From positions 1-14,976 of the forward strand of contig JANLPS010000079.1 of assembly GCA_031367385.1 (NCBI GenBank): a DNA stretch of 14,976 nt. Reading direction: 5' to 3'. Numbering within the stretch: position 1 is the stretch's first letter; each line of letters starts with the position of its first letter. A program made the translations under genes and the position numbers. Source of the stretch: Archangium sp. (GTDB taxonomy: Bacteria; Myxococcota; Myxococcia; Myxococcales; Myxococcaceae). The notes below the pieces were generated by a model. It worked only from the letters and a program-made list of their open reading frames with translations. It was not told the origin of the DNA and searched no databases. This document shows, one piece after another, positions 9,820 to 14,976 of the stretch.

Positions 9820-9822
9820 CGC

Positions 9823-11295
9823 TCACCTGCTGCGAAGAATGACGCCTTCACTGCGCCCGCCCACCGCCCAGGTCGAGTTGACGGCGGTACCCCACACGCC
9901 CAGCAAGTGGTCATGCGTCGGAGACACGTGCCGAGTGTATTTACGAGGCACCATGTCGAGCTCGACCAGCTCACCGTCGAGACCCACTGTCCACCCGCGG
10001 GCCGCAGGGTCGAGCCAGATGCCGCGCAAATCACGCTTCAGGTCGAGCTTCTCGGCAGTGAAGCTCGGCGGCTGCCAGGGGTAGGGGCTGGTGTCGGTGT
10101 AGCTGTACTGCAGCAGGTTGCCCTCGTTACTGCCGAAGTAGGTGCCGACGCCGACGAGAATGGGTTCATGCGTCGTCGGGTTCTCCGCGCCGGCCATACC
10201 GAAGATCATCGCTATCGACCCGCGGCCGTTTTCCCACACGAAGTCTGACCCGCCGTCGTAGGTGCGAAACGCCGCTCCCACGCCCCACCATTCGCCGTCA
10301 TCGCGGTGCCACACCTTGAACACGTCGGCTCCGGGCGCATTGGCGTTGGTCGTGGTGATGACTCGCATCTTGCCGCCCTCGAGGTGCGCCACCGTGCCGC
10401 CGCCGCCGACCACCCACACCGCGCTCGCCGTCGCTGACACGCCGCCCAGATCCCACGCTGGCTGGCCTGCCGCCGAGAGCCCCGCATCGGGGAATTCTGC
10501 GTTCGGCACCCAGCCGACCTCGCGCCACCCGCTGCCCTGATTTCGGAGCACCAACCCGCGTTCGCCCACCGCCCACACATCATTCGCGGTCAGCGGGTAC
10601 ACGTCGAACAAAGAGGCCCCGGTGCCAGCGTCCGAGCGCGTCCACGCGGTGCCGTCGAAGTGGTAGGCCGCTCCGCGCGACCCGACGGCCCACACGTTCG
10701 TCGCCGAGAGCCCGCGCACCGCGTACAGCGGCTCAGGCACGTGCTTCACGATGCACCACCGCCCTCCATCGGGCACGCACTCGGTGGCGTCGACAGATGG
10801 GCCCCAAAACCGGCCTCCATCGGCGACGGTTACGCCTCCATCGCCACCAGTTGCCACGCCCGCATCGCTCGCCCCCGCATCGCTCGTCGAGACCGAAGCG
10901 TCAGGCAACCCGCCGGCGACGATGCCGTTGACCCACGCTTGAAGACACGCGACCTCGGCACTCGTGAGCGGAGCACGACCCAATGGCATCTGCACCCCGA
11001 ACGGAGGCGCCGCGCGAACCTTGACGATCAGCGCGCTCTCTTCGGGGATCTCGGGGTCGATGATCAAGTAGTCGTGACGCCCGGCCGAGGGGTGGTTGTA
11101 CGCACGTGACGCGAGGCCTGGTGACTCGAGGTCGAGCCCTGATTGCGCGCTCGCCGCTTCGTGACAGCCTCCGAAGCACGACCGGGCGAACAGCGCGGGC
11201 CCCGAGCACTCGCCAGAGCCCGAATCGACCTTGCCCCCGGGCTCGGGAAACGGGTCACACGCGCCCAGCGCCACCAGCAAGACCAGCCAGCGCAT
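9823..11295 (-). CDS. Lipoprotein: cytochrome-c-like domain (CX3CH) + D[AG]G linker + ~7-blade beta-propeller
   Basis: Lipobox LGA-C, then FARSCFGGCH...SGLDL...IDP..PEESAL......GVQMP......LQAWV. Seven xWxVG-type repeats follow, e.g. NVWAVGSRG, DVWAVGERG, GWTVGLDG and STWAVGG. The ATG directly abuts the upstream TAG. Confidence 0.8.
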   Translation of the reverse strand: MRWLVLLVALGACDPFPEPGGKVDSGSGECSGPALFARSCFGGCHEAASAQSGLDLESPGLASRAYNHPSAGRHDYLIIDPEIPEESALIVKVRAAPPFGVQMPLGRAPLTSAEVACLQAWVNGIVAGGLPDASVSTSDAGASDAGVATGGDGGVTVADGGRFWGPSVDATECVPDGGRWCIVKHVPEPLYAVRGLSATNVWAVGSRGAAYHFDGTAWTRSDAGTGASLFDVYPLTANDVWAVGERGLVLRNQGSGWREVGWVPNAEFPDAGLSAAGQPAWDLGGVSATASAVWVVGGGGTVAHLEGGKMRVITTTNANAPGADVFKVWHRDDGEWWGVGAAFRTYDGGSDFVWENGRGSIAMIFGMAGAENPTTHEPILVGVGTYFGSNEGNLLQYSYTDTSPYPWQPPSFTAEKLDLKRDLRGIWLDPAARGWTVGLDGELVELDMVPRKYTRHVSPTHDHLLGVWGTAVNSTWAVGGRSEGVILRSR

Positions 11296-12633
11296 CTAGA
11301 CCAGACCGGGCAAGCCGCCCGAGTTGAACTCGGGTTGGCCAAACGAGGTCACGTCGCTCAGGCCCATCGCTTGGCAAATCGAGGTGTACAAATTGTTGGT
11401 CGTGTCATTGACCAGGTACTGCGTCGAGTAGAAGTGCGTCGGGTTCGCCGCGCGCGCGCCGCGATAATCGAGAAACCGGCCGGTCTTCATGCCGCCGCCG
11501 GCCCGCCCCGCGAGCACCACGGGCACCTCGTAGAAGTCGTGATACGCGCCCATGCCGAACACGTTCGACCAGACCAGCAACGAGTTGTCGAGCAGGGTGG
11601 TGCCGCCGACATCGGGCGTGTCTTTGAACTTCTGAATCAGGGTGCCGAAGCTGCCCGCCCACCAGCGCATCGCCGTGCGCCAGCCCTCGCGGTGCGCGAC
11701 CGGGTCGAGGCCGTAGTCGGGGCCCTGGTGAATCCACGAGTGGTAGCCGCCGCCGAAAATGTCGGGAAATTTCGAGTCGCCTTCAGGAGAGGAGGCGCCA
11801 TACGCACCGACCGCCGACAGCTGGCACGCGAAGGCCATCGCGTAGAGCGAAGCCGCCGCATCGGGGTAGGGCCGAATCGGAGGGTTGACCGGTGCGCAGG
11901 CGGCTCCCTGGGCCTCGAGTGCCAGCCGCTTCTCGAGGTCGCGCAGCACCGACAAGTGGTGATCGAGCTTCAGCTTGTCGCCTGCCGAGACGCGGTTGTT
12001 CACGTACTTGAAGTTCTCGAGCACCGAGTCGATCACGCTCTCACGGGTCGCCTTGCGGCGCGCCAACACCACCGGGTCCGTCGAGCCGTTGAAGCTGCCG
12101 AACAAATCGTTGAACGCGTTCTCGAGGCGCATGCCCGTCACCGGTTGCTGCACGCCGGTGTACGAGATGGTGAAGGTGCCGCCGGGCATGTTGATGTTCA
12201 CCGACGATCGCGGCGTCTTCGGCAGGCGATTGGCGAGGTATTGGTCGAGCGAAATACCACCGCCGTTCGGGGCCTCGAGCCCACCCGACTTGTCGGTGCG
12301 GGGCATCGCCGTCAGCATCGTGCCGTTGCCGTAGTCGTGTGCGTTGCCGTTGTGGCCGGCCGCGACGTGGTTGTCGACGCCGGCGACGACGACCAGGTCT
12401 TGTTTGTACGCCTCGAGCGGGGCGAGCAGGTAGGGCAGGGTGGTCAACGCCCCCGACTTGCCAGCCGGCGCCCATTCATCGCGCAGCGTGCCGTTGTCTT
12501 GAATGAAGAACATGATGCGCCGCGGAGCCACCTTGCCCTGGGCCCACGTCTCGCGAGGCAACAGGCTCTCGAGCAGCGGCACGGCGAGCACGGCTCCGGT
12601 GCCTTTCAAGAAATGGCGGCGTGGCACCTTCAT
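11296..12633 (-). CDS. Tat-exported DUF1552 (HXXSHH family) protein
   Basis: Twin-arginine signal PRRHFLKGTG..LAVPLLESL..AQ. Family-typical segments include LAPLEAYK..L.VV.GVD, GISLDQYLA, DK.KLDHHL..LRDLEKRL, TLLDNSL, H....VPVVLAG.AGG.MKTGR and NLYTSI..AMG....FG. The start overlaps the upstream stop as ATGA. Confidence 0.88.
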   Translation of the reverse strand: MKVPRRHFLKGTGAVLAVPLLESLLPRETWAQGKVAPRRIMFFIQDNGTLRDEWAPAGKSGALTTLPYLLAPLEAYKQDLVVVAGVDNHVAAGHNGNAHDYGNGTMLTAMPRTDKSGGLEAPNGGGISLDQYLANRLPKTPRSSVNINMPGGTFTISYTGVQQPVTGMRLENAFNDLFGSFNGSTDPVVLARRKATRESVIDSVLENFKYVNNRVSAGDKLKLDHHLSVLRDLEKRLALEAQGAACAPVNPPIRPYPDAAASLYAMAFACQLSAVGAYGASSPEGDSKFPDIFGGGYHSWIHQGPDYGLDPVAHREGWRTAMRWWAGSFGTLIQKFKDTPDVGGTTLLDNSLLVWSNVFGMGAYHDFYEVPVVLAGRAGGGMKTGRFLDYRGARAANPTHFYSTQYLVNDTTNNLYTSICQAMGLSDVTSFGQPEFNSGGLPGLV

Positions 12634-14291
12634 TGAATGGGCTCCCGATTCAAAAATGAGTCAGCGGTCGTGATGCCCACCACCACGTCGGCCATGCTGG
12701 CGTGGGCCGGCAACGACGCGACGACGGTGTCGAGATGACAGCGGTCTTTCGAGGTCTCGCTGCGGCCCTGCGCGTAGCGGTACGTCTGCGTCAGGTAGCA
12801 TCGGTTTGCTTGCTCACTGTCGGCGAGCAAGGTCGACAGCTCGAGCGCGCCTTTGAACGGCTGCGACCCGGCGCCGGTGAGAATCTGACCGCTGTTGTCG
12901 ATCGCCAGACCGTTGGGCTCGTTGGTGCGCGCGGTGCCGATCGAATCGAAGCCCTCGAAGCCGAAGCCGATCGGGTCCATGAAGCGGTGGCAGCCGCTGC
13001 AGGCGCTCGCTGCGTCGACGTGGGCCGCGAGGCGTTGACGCAGCGTCGATTGCCCACCGACCGAGGGCAAGGTCACGTTCACGTTCGGCGGAGGCGGTGG
13101 AATTTCTTCGCACAAGAAGCGCAGCCGCACGGCCTTGCCCCGCAGCGTGGGAGAGGTCTCTTCAGGGTGGGCGTGCCCGGCGAGAAACCCGACCCTTGTC
13201 AGCACGCCAGCGCGCGACTCGGGCAGCGTCTTGGCGCTCGCGTCGACGCCGTAGATGGCTCCGAGGGCCGCGTCGACTGAGGTTTGACGGCTCAGCAACA
13301 GGTCTCGAAAGCCGCCGCCACCCAGATACGTGCCTGAGATGAACCCATCGAGCTCGGCTCGCGCCGACGCCGCCACCGCCGGTGTCCACGTGGGGAAGCG
13401 GGTCGCGCTCTTGTTTGCTGAGTCGAGCTTGTCGAGCTCGAGCCACTGCGAAGCGAAGTGCAAGAAGCCCTGCTTGGCCTTCGGGTCAGCCAGCAACCGC
13501 TTCGCCTGCGTCTCGATCTGCGCCTTCGTCTCGAGCTGACCCAATTCAGCCGCGTCGAGCAGCGCGTCATCGGGCACCGAGCCCCAGATCAGCAACGACA
13601 GCTTGGTCGCCACCTCGAGCGGAGTCAGCCGCGAGGTGGGTCGCGTCGCCTGCGCCACCGGCACGCCCACCTCGGTCACGTACAAGAACTGCGGCGACTG
13701 CAGCAGCACCTGCAAGACCGCTGAGAGCCCGTCGTTCCAGCTCGCTCCCTGCAGCGCTCGAACCGTGTGAAAGACGCCGAGCATCGCGGTGCGCTCTTCG
13801 GCCATCAGGGTGCGGCGAAATGCGCGCCGGCCGAAGGTGTCGAGAATCTGCCCGAGGCACGCGTCTTCATCGGCGCTCTTCGGGTTCGAGCAGGCCAGCA
13901 CCTTGGCTTGATTCGCCACCGCGGTCGTCGCCAGCTGCTCGGCGGAGCTCACGTAGAAGCGAACCAGCGTCTCGTCGGCGTTCACCCAATCGGTGTGGTT
14001 GTCGAACTTCGACTCCGACTGCGGCACCTGCAGCACGCTCGCCGGGTTCGACGGGTCGGCCAGCAGCTGGGTCACCGCCGCGTTGTATTGCCGCGCCGTC
14101 AGGGCCCGCATCGGCGCCGCGACGGGGCGGCATTCGCGGGTGATGTTGTCGGTGTTTGTGGGGCCGGGTGTGATGGTGCCGCCGCCGGGGTTCGAGACGT
14201 ACCCCGTACACGCGCTGAGCGCGATCGCCGCCGAAATGAAAAGTCGAATGATTTTCAGAGGTTTCTCGCGGGGTGACGAGGGCGAAAGCAT
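12630..14291 (-). CDS. DUF1592-family (DUF1587/1595/1592/1588/1585; PSD/PSCyt3) haem-c lipoprotein
   Basis: Lipobox LSA-C. Segments match DUF1587 (MRALTARQYNAAVTQLL), DUF1595 (FGRRAFRR), DUF1592 (EVATKLSLLIWGSVPDDALL) and DUF1588 (TSPTLRGK...LC...PPPP...CSGCH.FMDPIGFGFEGFD). The start codon is uncertain: TTG 14300, ATG 14291 or slightly downstream. Confidence 0.9.
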   Translation of the reverse strand: MLSPSSPREKPLKIIRLFISAAIALSACTGYVSNPGGGTITPGPTNTDNITRECRPVAAPMRALTARQYNAAVTQLLADPSNPASVLQVPQSESKFDNHTDWVNADETLVRFYVSSAEQLATTAVANQAKVLACSNPKSADEDACLGQILDTFGRRAFRRTLMAEERTAMLGVFHTVRALQGASWNDGLSAVLQVLLQSPQFLYVTEVGVPVAQATRPTSRLTPLEVATKLSLLIWGSVPDDALLDAAELGQLETKAQIETQAKRLLADPKAKQGFLHFASQWLELDKLDSANKSATRFPTWTPAVAASARAELDGFISGTYLGGGGFRDLLLSRQTSVDAALGAIYGVDASAKTLPESRAGVLTRVGFLAGHAHPEETSPTLRGKAVRLRFLCEEIPPPPPNVNVTLPSVGGQSTLRQRLAAHVDAASACSGCHRFMDPIGFGFEGFDSIGTARTNEPNGLAIDNSGQILTGAGSQPFKGALELSTLLADSEQANRCYLTQTYRYAQGRSETSKDRCHLDTVVASLPAHASMADVVVGITTADSFLNREPIQ

Positions 14292-14394
14292 CGTCAACAA
14301 GACGCGCCAGAGCCTATCGAAAGCTCACCGCCTTCGCCCCCCGGTAGACAAAAGTGCGCGACGGCGAGCCGAGGAGCGGTAGAAGCCCTGACGC

Positions 14395-14976
14395 ATGGCG
14401 TTGATCGTTCAGAAGTACGGCGGCACCTCGGTCGGCGACACCGAGCGCATGAAGAACGTCGCGCGCCGGGCCATCGCGGCTCAGAAGCAGGGTCACCAGG
14501 TGGTGGTGGTGGTCTCCGCGATGTCGGGCGAGACCAATCGGCTGCTCAAGCTGGTGCACTCGCTCTCAGAGCAGCCCAGTGAGCGCGAGCAAGACGTGGT
14601 CGTGGCTACCGGCGAGCAGGTCTCGATTGGGCTGGTCGCGATCGCGATTCAATCGCTCGGCGCCGAGGCCACCAGCTTTCTGGGCCACCAGTGCCGCATC
14701 GTCACCGACAGCACGTTTTCGAAGGCCCGCATCAAGCGCATCGATGGGGAAAAGATCTTCGAGGTGCTCAAGAAGCAGCACATCGCGGTGGTGGCGGGGT
14801 TTCAGGGCGTCGACGAAGAAGGCAACGTCACCACCCTGGGCCGCGGAGGCTCAGACACGACCGCCGTGGCGATCGCCGCCGCGCTCAAGGCCGACGCGTG
14901 CGAGATCTACACCGACGTCGACGGGGTCTACACCACCGACCCGAACATCTGCCCCAAGGCCAAGAAGCTCGACCGA
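14395..14976 (+). CDS. lysC: Aspartate kinase, 3'-truncated by window (absent from ORF track)
   Basis: Manual translation gives [23 protein letters not shown]...[15 protein letters not shown]...ATGEQVS...VVAGFQG...[36 protein letters not shown]. Confidence 0.96.
   Translation, partial: MALIVQKYGGTSVGDTERMKNVARRAIAAQKQGHQVVVVVSAMSGETNRLLKLVHSLSEQPSEREQDVVVATGEQVSIGLVAIAIQSLGAEATSFLGHQCRIVTDSTFSKARIKRIDGEKIFEVLKKQHIAVVAGFQGVDEEGNVTTLGRGGSDTTAVAIAAALKADACEIYTDVDGVYTTDPNICPKAKKLDR

Noticed and set aside
11143..12636. 497-aa + strand ORF
   Set aside because: It is the antisense mirror of the DUF1552 gene, Arg/Ala/Val-rich and without family motifs.
14301..14394. Lysine riboswitch upstream of aspartokinase
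   Set aside because: The intergenic gap is under 100 bp and shared with a divergent gene. It is too short, and no L-box features are recognisable.
1..14976. Very frequent TCGA/CTCGAG words
   Set aside because: They are explained by codon usage (CTC-GAG, GTC-GAC, ATC-GAC) and are dispersed rather than arrayed.

Overview
High-GC bacterial DNA, most likely from a myxobacterium (Myxococcota). This is inferred from the giant TPR protein, lipoproteins with D-[AG]-G linkers, the DUF1592/DUF1552 pair and the aspartokinase N-terminus. Left arm: the 3' part of a CinA-like/MoCF-biosynthesis-domain gene (+) converges on a translationally coupled hutH plus ~1670-aa TPR gene pair (-). Right end: the 5' part of aspartate kinase (+), which the ORF track missed. 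Between hutH and the kinase lies a ~7 kb accessory-looking block. It holds a lower-GC lipoprotein with 21-bp repeats and CDGxDNDxDG motifs, and a stand-alone CTP-synthase-like glutamine amidotransferase coupled to an orphan Xre/MbcA/ParS antitoxin domain. It also holds a tightly coupled three-gene envelope operon: a DUF1592/PSCyt3 haem-c lipoprotein, a Tat-exported DUF1552 protein, and a lipoprotein fusing a non-canonical CX3CH cytochrome c to a 7-blade beta-propeller. That operon is the best candidate for an uncharacterised extracytoplasmic redox system. No RNA genes, CRISPR arrays or mobile elements were seen. All family assignments come from motif recognition by eye, not from database searches.
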